Of a DNA stretch of 64,000 nucleotides, positions 50,975 to 60,488 are shown piece by piece. Position numbers and translations under genes: made by a program. Origin of the DNA: a virus. Position 1 is the stretch's first letter, and each line of letters starts with the position of its first letter. Location of the stretch: positions 1-64,000 of the IMG/VR virus record IMGVR_UViG_3300045988_161245. One strand, 5' to 3'. The notes under the pieces are model-generated. The model was not told the DNA's origin, did not search any database, and saw only the letters and a list, made by a program, of their open reading frames with translations.

Positions 50975-51527
50975 CGCTATCACGCTCCAAGTATCTATTA
51001 ATCTTCTCATATAGCTGGTCGCAAAGAGAAAGAATTCCATAGGTTCCATTATCATCGTCATCGTCATAAACCTCATCTGAAGCCTGTGCTGCTAAATCTG
51101 CAACTCTGGATAATAAATCTTTCATTTCTTCTGTTACAAACAAATCGTCCATAGGAAATCTATATTCTTTAAAAAACTGCTCCTTATCATCGTACCCTTC
51201 CATAAAATCATTAATATCAGGAGTTTGCCAATCAACATAATTAAATAAATCTTCTGCAATATTTTCATGCCCATTGCATTCTTTTATAAAGTCGTTTGTT
51301 GTATAACACCGACCCATAACGCTATCAATTTCATAACTTTTGACAATACTCTTATTAACTGGGATATCAACTAAAGAAAGATCAGAAATATAACAAATAT
51401 CATCTCCAATAATGCCAGGAAGAAATTTTCCTTTATAGATTAGACAATCCTGTCCATCTGTAAATTCGAATATATCCTCTAATTTCACACCGGCTTTTAA
51501 TTCTTTCCGCAATTCGTCTCTCGTCAT
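50967..51527 (-). CDS. acidic hypothetical protein (186 aa)
   Basis: Start moved to ATG 51527 with GGAGG 5 nt upstream. Confidence 0.6.
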   Translation of the reverse strand: MTRDELRKELKAGVKLEDIFEFTDGQDCLIYKGKFLPGIIGDDICYISDLSLVDIPVNKSIVKSYEIDSVMGRCYTTNDFIKECNGHENIAEDLFNYVDWQTPDINDFMEGYDDKEQFFKEYRFPMDDLFVTEEMKDLLSRVADLAAQASDEVYDDDDDNGTYGILSLCDQLYEKINRYLERDSDD

Positions 51528-51543
51528 AATAACCTCCAAATAA

Positions 51544-51864
51544 TCACTGTGTAATATAAACAACTTTCCCAGATTTTAATTGAATAAAATTGTCATTTAC
51601 AAAAAGGTCTTCTTCTAATTTTTCAAAATTAAAATATTCTTCGTTTTCTTTACTTACAAGTCCCAATGAATATGCTGTTTCTATAGCAGCAGTACTATAA
51701 TCTTCATATACCGCATTAATACTTTGAATCTCATTTCCGTATTCATCTAATAATTCGCAACATTCTTCGTCAGACAAATCATAGTCATCCTGAATTTCTC
51801 CAATAATACTATTTTTTAATGCTGTTTTCTGATTAATATATTTTTTATATAAATCACTAAACAT
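51544..51864 (-). CDS. acidic hypothetical protein (106 aa)
   Basis: Start moved to ATG 51864 with GGAGG 7 nt upstream. Confidence 0.6.
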   Translation of the reverse strand: MFSDLYKKYINQKTALKNSIIGEIQDDYDLSDEECCELLDEYGNEIQSINAVYEDYSTAAIETAYSLGLVSKENEEYFNFEKLEEDLFVNDNFIQLKSGKVVYITQ

Positions 51865-51897
51865 ATAATTACCTCCAATCAAATACGACTTTTATTT

Positions 51898-52326
51898 CTA
51901 CATAAACATTAGATATTCTTCATATGTAACTTCTGGGATTATATTTATTAAAAATTTTATTAACTCTTCTCCATTATATTTGGATTTTGCATAATCAATA
52001 ATATTTTCTAATACATCCCAGTTCCAATGTGTATCAATTACTCCTGGAAATTCTTCCTTTATATAATCTAGTAATCCATCTTTATCAATTGATTTATTTG
52101 TTGATTTGCTGTTTTGTGATATAACCCTAAATGCCCTTGCTTCTCCAGGATGTTCTGTTTCAAATCTACCATTTCTAAATAATCGTTGCATATGTCTATG
52201 TACGACTGATGTACTACTAAGCCCAACTCCCTTTCCGATTTCTCTTATTGTTGGAGCGTAACCATGCTCATCTATGTAAGACTTACAAAAATCATATATT
52301 TTTTCTGTTGTTTTATAATATTTCAT
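51898..52326 (-). CDS. LexA-like DNA-binding-domain protein lacking the S24 peptidase domain
   Basis: HGYAPTIREIGKGVGLSSTSVVHRHMQRL...ARAFRVI parallels LexA [29 protein letters not shown]...PRAIEIL; no GDSM/Ser-Lys dyad in the 70-aa tail. Confidence 0.7.
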   Translation of the reverse strand: MKYYKTTEKIYDFCKSYIDEHGYAPTIREIGKGVGLSSTSVVHRHMQRLFRNGRFETEHPGEARAFRVISQNSKSTNKSIDKDGLLDYIKEEFPGVIDTHWNWDVLENIIDYAKSKYNGEELIKFLINIIPEVTYEEYLMFM

Positions 52327-52440
52327 ATCTCACACCTCCAGACTATCTAATCTGCCATAATTCATAATCTTCAAGCAGCTCTTTCAAATTTGTATTCTCT
52401 GTATATTATTCTACTCCAATCATTCACTTTATATTATAAT

Positions 52441-52677
52441 TTATTTATACCAATAATCTTTATCTGTTTTAGAATCAGCACTTTCAACACAGTATTCTGT
52501 ACCATTCACAATTATATATTCTCTAATGAGGTTTTCTAACTCATCTCCATCATCGTCAACTGCATCTTCAAATTGTTCAATATTAAATACTTCTCTTGTT
52601 TCTGTGTTTACCTTACAGCTGCTAAGTAATTCGAAACCACCATCCCAAACTGAAATAAATGTTGCGTCCTTAACCAT
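52441..52677 (-). CDS. hypothetical protein (78 aa)
   Basis: ORF track. Confidence 0.55.
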   Translation of the reverse strand: MVKDATFISVWDGGFELLSSCKVNTETREVFNIEQFEDAVDDDGDELENLIREYIIVNGTEYCVESADSKTDKDYWYK

Positions 52678-52694
52678 ATTATCCTCCTTTCAAA

Positions 52695-52844
52695 TCATCG
52701 TTTTATCGGTTCATATTCTGTAATACTTGCCTTTATTGCTTCTTTTTCACTCATTCCATATACCTCGATTTTCCACCATTTCCAGGCGGTTCGACTATCT
52801 TCTTGATTTGTCCGTTTTAAATATTCTTCATAGCTCTCAAACAT
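52695..52844 (-). CDS. hypothetical protein (49 aa, below ORF-track cutoff)
   Basis: Hand-translated MFESYEEYLKRTNQEDSRTAWKWW...; AGGAG 7 nt upstream. Confidence 0.45.
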   Translation of the reverse strand: MFESYEEYLKRTNQEDSRTAWKWWKIEVYGMSEKEAIKASITEYEPIKR

Positions 52845-52855
52845 AACAATCTCCT

Positions 52856-53188
52856 TTATTCGTGAAATTCTTTATAATCATCACATAGGTCCACAATTGT
52901 TTCTGACAGAGAAGCCGCTGAATTAATTCCTTTTCCAAAATAACCATCAATTAATTCATCATTGCATCCATCTTTATTACTGTATAATTTTATAATATGT
53001 GCCCAACATCCGCCCTCGTCTGCATCAATTTCAAACTGAATTGTCATATATACTTCTTTATTAAATATATTATATACCTCTATTTCGCTTGAAAAACTTG
53101 AAGGCATATTGCCTGATCCGTCCCACAAATCCGGATTATGCTCCTTTATAAATTTATCTGCTATTTCTCTTGCAACTTCTTTTGTCAC
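52856..53188 (-). CDS. hypothetical protein (110 aa)
   Basis: ORF track. Confidence 0.6.
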   Translation of the reverse strand: MTKEVAREIADKFIKEHNPDLWDGSGNMPSSFSSEIEVYNIFNKEVYMTIQFEIDADEGGCWAHIIKLYSNKDGCNDELIDGYFGKGINSAASLSETIVDLCDDYKEFHE

Positions 53189-53213
53189 AATCTCACCTCA
53201 ATTATTTTAAAAT

Positions 53214-53600
53214 TTAATTTGGTAATGAAATAATTTCAGGTGTAATAACTAATGCTTGTCTACCATCAACCATTTCAATATGCATTTCTGAAACGTTAGA
53301 AGGAGTAACAGAATCATTTTCCAAAATGCTATTTATCATAATAGGCAAATTAATTCCTTGTAAGTATTTTGTATGTCCGCCTACATCATCTAGCATTATT
53401 GAAAAAGATTTTGAACCTGTGCATTTTTGTCTATTTCTCATAGATTCTATATCATTGTAAAATCTATCTATTTTATTCCAAGCTTCCGTCATACTTTTTG
53501 AATCAGATATATCTTCTGTAACAGAAGAAGCTAACATTTTAATTTCTTTCATAAACTCTACTGCCAATCCAACGTTCATTTCTCTTTGTTTTTTAGTCAT
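53214..53600 (-). CDS. hypothetical protein (128 aa)
   Basis: ORF track. Confidence 0.6.
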   Translation of the reverse strand: MTKKQREMNVGLAVEFMKEIKMLASSVTEDISDSKSMTEAWNKIDRFYNDIESMRNRQKCTGSKSFSIMLDDVGGHTKYLQGINLPIMINSILENDSVTPSNVSEMHIEMVDGRQALVITPEIISLPN

Positions 53601-53636
53601 AACATTTTCCTCACTTTCTCTTATAAAATTCTTGTT

Positions 53637-53888
53637 TTATTTATCTTTATATTTCAGTGGGTATTTTTCAAAATCTAAATATTTCTGATTGTAAACGCAT
53701 GGTATGTATTCTCTAAAATCATCGTAGTACCACGCTTTCCATAATTTAGTTCCTGGCTTTGAAAGTTCTCTTACTGCCTCTTTAAATGAGTCGTATAAAC
53801 CCATGCTATATACTTCCATATTTTCTTTTGTGCGGTCTAATATTTTCTTTGAGACACGTTTTGCAAAATCAGTTTCATCAAAAGTCAT
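53637..53888 (-). CDS. hypothetical protein (83 aa)
   Basis: Start moved to ATG 53888 with GAGGTG upstream. Confidence 0.55.
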   Translation of the reverse strand: MTFDETDFAKRVSKKILDRTKENMEVYSMGLYDSFKEAVRELSKPGTKLWKAWYYDDFREYIPCVYNQKYLDFEKYPLKYKDK

Positions 53889-53901
53889 ATTTTCACCTCG
53901 C

Positions 53902-54276
53902 TTAACACATAAAATCCATCTTCTCGGCAAAATTCCTCAATGCTTTTTCTTTGTATTCTTCATTATGTACAAGATCAATCACTCCTGGAATACCAGATGT
54001 TCCATTTCTTTTCGCTTCTAGCCACATGTAAACATTTTCCTCAACATCACAATCATTGTATAAATTCCAAAATTCTTTACTAAGACTTTTAGCTAAATCT
54101 TCCTCTGTCTCAGGAGTTTCAACTGTAATATAAAAACACCAGTCTTCACATTCAGGGTTATCTCCGTCCACAAGCAATTCTATTTCTTCATTTTTATCCT
54201 CACTAATCTCAAATGAAAAATCAGTTCCTTTAGATAATTTTTCTAAACTATTAACTATCTGATCAATCGTCATCAT
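53902..54276 (-). CDS. acidic hypothetical protein (124 aa)
   Basis: Start moved to ATG 54276 with GGAG 9 nt upstream. Confidence 0.55.
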   Translation of the reverse strand: MMTIDQIVNSLEKLSKGTDFSFEISEDKNEEIELLVDGDNPECEDWCFYITVETPETEEDLAKSLSKEFWNLYNDCDVEENVYMWLEAKRNGTSGIPGVIDLVHNEEYKEKALRNFAEKMDFMC

Positions 54277-54305
54277 AACTTTAGTCTCCCTTCTAAACAA
54301 AATTG

Positions 54306-54530
54306 CTATTTTATTTCCATAAGCAGCTTTCCAATTTCCTTTGCTTCACCAATAGTACAAATTGCAGTTGCCTTACTATCTTTGCTTCCATTCTTTCTTG
54401 TAAAGTGATTTACCATATAAACTTTATCCGGCATTACTTTACCATCTACTATGTAGTGACCAATCTCAACAATTTTGTCTCCGATTTTTCCAAGATCCTG
54501 TACTTTTGTGTAAACGAATTCCTTTGCCAT
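54306..54530 (-). CDS. hypothetical protein (74 aa)
   Basis: ORF track; preferred over antisense ORF 54303-54716. Confidence 0.55.
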   Translation of the reverse strand: MAKEFVYTKVQDLGKIGDKIVEIGHYIVDGKVMPDKVYMVNHFTRKNGSKDSKATAICTIGEAKEIGKLLMEIK

Positions 54531-54541
54531 AGTTCTGCCCC

Positions 54542-54760
54542 CTATCTAATCACTATTTTGAATCCATATTTTTCAGCAAGTTCTTTATTAATAACGATTC
54601 CTTTATCGAAAGTTTTTCCTGCATCAAAATTTTCAACATTTACCAATGCTTTTGTTTTACCACACATATCATCAAAAATTCCAACTGCAATTCCATTATT
54701 GAGTGAGGTTTTATAACTCCATGGCTCAAGCTCTTCACCGGTCCATAAACACTGCTTCAT
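54542..54760 (-). CDS. hypothetical protein (72 aa)
   Basis: ORF track. Confidence 0.55.
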   Translation of the reverse strand: MKQCLWTGEELEPWSYKTSLNNGIAVGIFDDMCGKTKALVNVENFDAGKTFDKGIVINKELAEKYGFKIVIR

Positions 54761-54786
54761 AAAATACCTCCGACCAAATATCTCTT

Positions 54787-54957
54787 TTATTTGTCTATAC
54801 TGTTTTTCTTTCCATTGCTAGAAATATGAGTATTAACTTCAATAGTGGCAACCTCTCCATCTTTAAGATTTGAAAACATAGTTATTTCTTCTTTTTTAGG
54901 ACCTAATATTTTTGTAATTTTTACAACTACGTTTTCATTATATATTTTAAAATTCAT
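54787..54957 (-). CDS. hypothetical protein (56 aa, below ORF-track cutoff)
   Basis: Hand-translated MNFKIYNENVVVKITKILGPKKEE...; GAGG about 12 nt upstream. Confidence 0.4.
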   Translation of the reverse strand: MNFKIYNENVVVKITKILGPKKEEITMFSNLKDGEVATIEVNTHISSNGKKNSIDK

Positions 54958-55051
54958 ACTTTATTTACCTCAAAATTTTAAGTCAAATTAATTTTCACCC
55001 ATCTCCATTCTTCTGTCTGTTTGACTATCATTCGTTGTGGTTTTTCTCATT

Positions 55052-55315
55052 TTAATTACCTCTCGTGATTTCTTTCATACATTTATCCAAGTAATCATCA
55101 AATTCTGTATCTGTAAATTCAAAGAACATTTGTTTTACAGCATCTTTATCCTTACTTCTCTTATAAATATTAAAAATATCTTGTGAGAAACCTGAGATTT
55201 CATTATCTACATTTGATAACAAATCAGCCAAAATTGTGTCTGAATCAATAATTATACCTTCAGGAGTACTGGTATTTAACAGCTCTACTTGCCTAATCTT
55301 TTCTCTTGTCGTCAT
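55052..55315 (-). CDS. hypothetical protein (87 aa)
   Basis: Start moved to ATG 55315 with AGGAGGTG upstream. Confidence 0.55.
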   Translation of the reverse strand: MTTREKIRQVELLNTSTPEGIIIDSDTILADLLSNVDNEISGFSQDIFNIYKRSKDKDAVKQMFFEFTDTEFDDYLDKCMKEITRGN

Positions 55316-55317
55316 AA

Positions 55318-55722
55318 TCAGCACACCTCCTCGTATTTTGTACAAACCGTGTACACTGTTCTCTTCAAGATTTTATATCGAGTTACATCGTATTTCTCTT
55401 CTGACAGCTCATGCAAACGTTTCATCAATCTCTCTTCACATAACATTTTGTTAAGTGTAGCTTTTCCGCTTGGCACATATCCAGATCCATATCTAAATAT
55501 GTATGCCTGATATTCTTCGTCTTCTTCGTAAGAATCAAATTCTGTAAATCCATCAAGATTTACACCGGACTGATTGAGCCAGTTAAATTCATTATCAAAA
55601 TCTTCAAGAATATCATCTACACTATAATCGTCATCGTCTATGTAAGTGTGACCTGCTGCATCTTTTAAAATTCCCTTGTCAACATCGCAAAATGCTAATA
55701 TCTTCATTTTCTGTACCTCCAT
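55318..55722 (-). CDS. acidic hypothetical protein (134 aa)
   Basis: ORF track; TAATG overlap with the upstream small ORF. Confidence 0.6.
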   Translation of the reverse strand: MEVQKMKILAFCDVDKGILKDAAGHTYIDDDDYSVDDILEDFDNEFNWLNQSGVNLDGFTEFDSYEEDEEYQAYIFRYGSGYVPSGKATLNKMLCEERLMKRLHELSEEKYDVTRYKILKRTVYTVCTKYEEVC

Positions 55723-55901
55723 TATTCTGCACTTGCAATTACTGTATTGTGAATAAAATCGTCACTAACATAGTTTGATAATTCTTCATACGCAAGGCAT
55801 CTTTGATCAATATTTAAACTATCAGTGTCTATATCAAAATTCATTGGAATAATAATTCTTATTCCATTCTTATTGTTGTAAAATTCAACTTTAGTAATCA
55901 T
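55722..55901 (-). CDS. hypothetical protein (59 aa, below ORF-track cutoff)
   Basis: Hand-translated MITKVEFYNNKNGIRIIIPMNFDID... Confidence 0.45.
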   Translation of the reverse strand: MITKVEFYNNKNGIRIIIPMNFDIDTDSLNIDQRCLAYEELSNYVSDDFIHNTVIASAE

Positions 55902-55915
55902 TTCTCTTTCACCAC

Positions 55916-56245
55916 CTACCGTAATTCAAGTCCCATACTATAAACCATTTCTTTTGCTATTTCCTTTGTTACGTCTCTATGAGCTAGTTTTTTGTCATCT
56001 TCGTCTAAATATGCTGTCGTCACATTGAAATCTAAATCAGATTCTAATAGATATTCAATAAACTCTTTATTTTGTGTTGTGACCACAGGTGGGTTGTCAG
56101 ATTTAAGATCTTCTATAAGGATTTTAAATTCTGTATAGTGCTCTTTGCCTGGATAGTAAACAACATCTGAATACTCATCAATGTCTGGCAACATTTCTTT
56201 AATATACTTTCTAATTGCTTCTGGCTTTCCTAAGAGTAAAAGCAT
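55916..56245 (-). CDS. hypothetical protein (109 aa)
   Basis: ORF track. Confidence 0.6.
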   Translation of the reverse strand: MLLLLGKPEAIRKYIKEMLPDIDEYSDVVYYPGKEHYTEFKILIEDLKSDNPPVVTTQNKEFIEYLLESDLDFNVTTAYLDEDDKKLAHRDVTKEIAKEMVYSMGLELR

Positions 56246-56271
56246 ATTTTTACCTCCATCAAATCTACATT

Positions 56272-56571
56272 TTATTTTGAAGTTACTGCCACAATCACTA
56301 CCTCACAATAAGATTTAATTTCTCCTAACATTTTCGTTGCACTCGAATAATCAGTAAAGCTGATTGTTTTCTTTCTAATATCATTCATCCACCGAACTAC
56401 AATGTTTTCTGCACTATCCTTTTCCTCTTTTTCTTGCTTTAAATCAACTTTTAATGTTGTATCTGATAGATTTGTTGAGAACAATAAAAACTCAGGATTC
56501 CCACTCAAACAATTTTTTAAATCATTAAACTGTTTATCAGTTACGTTAATCATATGAGTAATTTCTGCCAT
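56272..56571 (-). CDS. hypothetical protein (99 aa)
   Basis: ORF track. Confidence 0.6.
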   Translation of the reverse strand: MAEITHMINVTDKQFNDLKNCLSGNPEFLLFSTNLSDTTLKVDLKQEKEEKDSAENIVVRWMNDIRKKTISFTDYSSATKMLGEIKSYCEVVIVAVTSK

Positions 56572-56574
56572 TTT

Positions 56575-56931
56575 TCAGTTTCCTTTCTGTATAACAGTTT
56601 TGATACAGTTCTCAATCTGGTCATTCTCACTTAAGTTACAGTCATAAATTCTTTGAAACAATATAACAACTTCTTCAGCTTCTTCCCAACTGATGTCATA
56701 ACCCCAATCATCTGCACGATTCAATACATCATCAACTTTACCTTCGAAAACTTTTTTCTTATAAAACATATAACCTAATGAAACGAACCCTTCCATTCCG
56801 GTAAAACCATGTCTATAGTTAGTTGTTTCCATCCACTTATTAAGTTCATCCAACTCCATTACTAAATCTTCTTTTGTCTTACCAAGCTTGTTTAATAACT
56901 CATCAAGAGTACTATCTAATGTTTTGTTCAT
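56575..56931 (-). CDS. hypothetical protein (118 aa)
   Basis: ORF track. Confidence 0.6.
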   Translation of the reverse strand: MNKTLDSTLDELLNKLGKTKEDLVMELDELNKWMETTNYRHGFTGMEGFVSLGYMFYKKKVFEGKVDDVLNRADDWGYDISWEEAEEVVILFQRIYDCNLSENDQIENCIKTVIQKGN

Positions 56932-57311
56932 TACGGTTCCTCCACAATAAATTTTAATTTCATATAATCTGTTTCTTCTGGATCAACATCCATCTCATTA
57001 CATAAATATTCCCAACTGTAATCTGACATTGCTGCCTTACCTATTTCGATTTCTTTTACTGCAGGAGTAAACCATGCTTCACATCTGATGTATTGTAAAA
57101 TTTCATGAGTATCACACTCATTTGCAATCCGAACCGCAGTTCTAACAATTGACTGGCAAAACTCTTCTGTCATCAACCCATTTCTTCTTACAGTTTTTAT
57201 ATCATCTTCTGTAATGGATTTTAAATTTTCAATTCCCTTGTCAAGCATATAATAAATAATCATCATCTCTGCGCTTCCACTGCGACTTAAAATTTCTTTC
57301 ATTTTGTTCAT
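56931..57311 (-). CDS. hypothetical protein (126 aa)
   Basis: ORF track; 1-nt overlap with the downstream gene. Confidence 0.6.
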   Translation of the reverse strand: MNKMKEILSRSGSAEMMIIYYMLDKGIENLKSITEDDIKTVRRNGLMTEEFCQSIVRTAVRIANECDTHEILQYIRCEAWFTPAVKEIEIGKAAMSDYSWEYLCNEMDVDPEETDYMKLKFIVEEP

Positions 57312-57374
57312 TCTCTCTTACCTCCATTTTTTGTACTAAAAAAGACAATTGGTAATATTTACTTCCCAGTTGCC

Positions 57375-58238
57375 TTATGCTACATTCTCAAATTTTTCAA
57401 ACAGTTGTTCTGATATTCCATACTCTTTGACGATTTCTTCAATCAAATCATCGCCCCATTTGTCACTATAAAATCCCCAGCAAGATTCTTTATCGGTCCA
57501 ACTATCATCATCCTCTGGATTTCCCTCTCCATCATATTCTTCAGTAATAATTCCGTATACTTCATTCTGAAGATACATATCATACTCTTTTACTTCGCCT
57601 TCCATCCATTTGTAAGCAGTTTCTTTCCAATTTCTCTTAATATCTGCACCAGTTCCTAATACAGTATTTTTATCAGTATAAATCCAACCAACTTGACCAG
57701 AATCCCACCGATCAGAAAATCCACAACAATTCATTGTAATTCCACTATGATCGTATAAATATAATGGAAGTGCAATAATATTTGCATGTTTCTCTAATAG
57801 ATACCATTTATCTTTGCGTGATAGACAATCAATAATATCGTCCACCAACCAGGTAATATCTTCATTTTCTTCATAAACCTGATATTTTGCATTTTTAATC
57901 GACTGAATTGTTAAATAATACGAGACCCATAACTCCCACATTTTGCTTCTTCTATTATAAGTTAATTTTACATCATTTGAAGCTTTACCATTCTTAACGA
58001 AATTAATTATTGATTTTTCGCTTACATTTTCACGTAATAAATCTGACAAGAATTGATCTGAATCACTATAATTATTTTCTTCATAATCACCCAAATTGTA
58101 ATATCTATGCCAACACATCATTTTACCTACATGTCCATCGAAATCTGTTCTCGGATTAAGAGGACTGCTATCATCCTCTATATGTAACCGAATAATTTTC
58201 CCTTCGGATTTTTTGTAATATCTATACTCTTTTTCCAT
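57375..58238 (-). CDS. hypothetical protein (287 aa)
   Basis: ORF track; conserved-looking LYLYDHSGITM...RWDSGQVGWIY block of unknown function. Confidence 0.65.
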   Translation of the reverse strand: MEKEYRYYKKSEGKIIRLHIEDDSSPLNPRTDFDGHVGKMMCWHRYYNLGDYEENNYSDSDQFLSDLLRENVSEKSIINFVKNGKASNDVKLTYNRRSKMWELWVSYYLTIQSIKNAKYQVYEENEDITWLVDDIIDCLSRKDKWYLLEKHANIIALPLYLYDHSGITMNCCGFSDRWDSGQVGWIYTDKNTVLGTGADIKRNWKETAYKWMEGEVKEYDMYLQNEVYGIITEEYDGEGNPEDDDSWTDKESCWGFYSDKWGDDLIEEIVKEYGISEQLFEKFENVA

Positions 58239-58253
58239 TGTAAAACCTCCCTT

Positions 58254-58451
58254 TTACCGGCTCCATTCTCCAACTTTATTTCCATTGATGTCTATTAAAA
58301 CTCCTGATTCACAGCCATACTCAAGCTTATCAATAACTTCTCTTAAGATTCTGGAAATTTCTTCTGCCTCACAGTATTTGTCATAAGCTTTATCATCATT
58401 ATATTCATCGTGAAAAGCTGCATTACCTGTATTAATTGTAAGTTTAAACAT
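58254..58451 (-). CDS. hypothetical protein (65 aa)
   Basis: ORF track. Confidence 0.55.
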   Translation of the reverse strand: MFKLTINTGNAAFHDEYNDDKAYDKYCEAEEISRILREVIDKLEYGCESGVLIDINGNKVGEWSR

Positions 58452-58468
58452 ATTTTTATCCTCCGTTC

Positions 58469-59203
58469 TTATAAATAATAACTATCAACTTGCTTCTGAA
58501 GCTCTTCCTTAACAATTTCTACCTGTTTATTTGTTAAATCACTCCATCTATAACCAAGTGCATCCAGTGTGTCGTCTGCTTCACCTGTAATACAGGCTTC
58601 ATGATTTGCCAATTCGTAGGAAATCATTTCTCTAAACTTATCCAGATCTTCCCTGAGTTTTCTATACTCATTTTCAATATTACTCATATATTTCGCTTGC
58701 TCATTTATAATTTCTTCACTTTTTACATAGCAGAATGAAAACTGATCATAAAATGGATAAAATTTCTTTTGTCTGTCAAATTCTCTCTGTGCTTCATCAC
58801 CTATACCGAAGATTGATAAATAATCATATCTCATTATCCAGTAGTCTCTGATGAAATGATCTTTCCGCGTGTATTCATCATAGTCTTTTATATGCTCTAA
58901 TAATTCATCTTCTGTGAACAGTATCTCATTTAACTTTTTAATATAATATTCTTTTAATGCTTCATTACCTTTTTCTTTTACTAACCATTCATTGTGCAAC
59001 TCATAGTCATTAGCATAATGAATATGTCTTTTATTTTTGAATACAAGAATTGATTTTCCAAAATATCCACCAAAATCAACTAAAAAACAATCATGACCTT
59101 TAATATTTAAAGTTTCGATTGCCATTTCCTTTGCCTGGTCATATGTCAAATTTTCAATATCATAAATTGTGTAATCTTTATTTGCGCTTATCATATTAAC
59201 CAT
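58469..59203 (-). CDS. hypothetical protein (244 aa)
   Basis: ORF track. Confidence 0.65.
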   Translation of the reverse strand: MVNMISANKDYTIYDIENLTYDQAKEMAIETLNIKGHDCFLVDFGGYFGKSILVFKNKRHIHYANDYELHNEWLVKEKGNEALKEYYIKKLNEILFTEDELLEHIKDYDEYTRKDHFIRDYWIMRYDYLSIFGIGDEAQREFDRQKKFYPFYDQFSFCYVKSEEIINEQAKYMSNIENEYRKLREDLDKFREMISYELANHEACITGEADDTLDALGYRWSDLTNKQVEIVKEELQKQVDSYYL

Positions 59204-59212
59204 TCACCATCC

Positions 59213-59467
59213 TTATCTTATATAATAAATGCACACTAAAATTCCCCTAAGAGCATACTTACACTGTTCTGCAGTCATGTATCCAATAAGACTTTCTTCG
59301 TTATTTTTTATGTGAAACTGATTTCCGCCATCTATAGAAATGACAACTGAAATATTTTTATTTCGACTATGTAGGATTTCAAGATATTTATCTATTGCTT
59401 CACAATTTCTTTTTTCTTCTTTACTTAGATATCCTAAAATATCATAGTCCCATTTGATGTACTTCAT
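59213..59467 (-). CDS. hypothetical protein (84 aa)
   Basis: ORF track. Confidence 0.55.
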   Translation of the reverse strand: MKYIKWDYDILGYLSKEEKRNCEAIDKYLEILHSRNKNISVVISIDGGNQFHIKNNEESLIGYMTAEQCKYALRGILVCIYYIR

Positions 59468-59805
59468 TACTCATCAACCTTCCCAATAATTATGTACATT
59501 CGATCCAACTTGTCTGCGGTTCCATCCTCATGCTCAAAAATGGCAATCGCATCATTTGTTTCGCTTACTGCAAGACCTTCAAATCTCCATTCTTCAGACC
59601 ATTTATAAACAGCTTCTGCCTGACAATTCCAAATAGCAGCAAAGCAACTTGATGATGTATATGGAAATCCAAATATATCCTCAACGGTTCTTCCGTTGCC
59701 ATGAGTGATTTTAAGGTTTGACAACCTCCATATATTAAATTGTCTGCATAACTCTCTCGATGTTCTTTCAACATCATTCCATTCTTTCTTTAATTTTATC
59801 ATCAT
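59467..59805 (-). CDS. hypothetical protein (112 aa)
   Basis: ORF track; GGAGG upstream of ATG 59805; preferred over nested ORF 59565-59777. Confidence 0.6.
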   Translation of the reverse strand: MMIKLKKEWNDVERTSRELCRQFNIWRLSNLKITHGNGRTVEDIFGFPYTSSSCFAAIWNCQAEAVYKWSEEWRFEGLAVSETNDAIAIFEHEDGTADKLDRMYIIIGKVDE

Positions 59806-59817
59806 GTCGTACCTCCA

Positions 59818-59976
59818 TCACTCATCTACATTCCAGCGTTTACACCGAACATTACTTTTATTAAACTCATGTCCAGGTTTTGCTACCGGAATGCGTTTTA
59901 CATTATTGATTTCCTTCTGCTTCTTTTTAGGTAACTTTTTAAATTCCTCAGTTGCCATATTTTCTAATTTAGTCAT
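59818..59976 (-). CDS. basic hypothetical protein (52 aa, below ORF-track cutoff)
   Basis: Hand-translated MTKLENMATEEFKKLPKKKQKE...; AGGAG 7 nt upstream. Confidence 0.5.
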   Translation of the reverse strand: MTKLENMATEEFKKLPKKKQKEINNVKRIPVAKPGHEFNKSNVRCKRWNVDE

Positions 59977-59988
59977 TTATTCTCTCCT

Positions 59989-60240
59989 TTACGCAATTGG
60001 ATATAATCTACTCAATATTTTGTAAATTACTGCATCCTGGTCCATGTACTCAAATCTATATCCGTAATCATTATTATACTTTTGCACTGACTGACCAACG
60101 ACACTGGCAAGTTTAAATTTAATAAAGTGATATTGTGAACCAGTTTTTGCTTTTCCAACTATCTCATCCACTTGATCGCAAAATGGTTTTATGCTTGTTA
60201 CATAACAGTATAGTTCTTTCGCTTCTACTGTCATTTCCAT
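59989..60240 (-). CDS. hypothetical protein (83 aa)
   Basis: ORF track. Confidence 0.55.
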   Translation of the reverse strand: MEMTVEAKELYCYVTSIKPFCDQVDEIVGKAKTGSQYHFIKFKLASVVGQSVQKYNNDYGYRFEYMDQDAVIYKILSRLYPIA

Positions 60241-60248
60241 TACTCCTT

Positions 60249-60488
60249 TCAGTCAAAAATATGTTCTGATAAAATTTCTTCCGTACCCATTTCATCAATC
60301 TCATTTCCTAATGCTTCTGTAAAACATGCAGCATCTTTATATCCTGCCTCTTTTAATAAATCAGCAACAAAGAACACTGTACGTTCAACTTCCATTCTAG
60401 TTTCAAGTTTTAAAAAATTTTTTCTTCTATGTTTTTCTATAACTTTTTTTAACTGTTTCGCTACCATTTTCTTACTCCTTTTATTCAA
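60249..60488 (-). CDS. hypothetical protein (79 aa)
   Basis: ORF track. Confidence 0.55.
   Translation of the reverse strand: MNKRSKKMVAKQLKKVIEKHRRKNFLKLETRMEVERTVFFVADLLKEAGYKDAACFTEALGNEIDEMGTEEILSEHIFD

Noticed and set aside
57131-57142. Third GAAC-N4-GTTC match (GAACCGCAGTTC)
   Set aside because: It lies inside a coding region, has a G+C-rich spacer and has no adjacent promoter. About one chance hit is expected in 64 kb.
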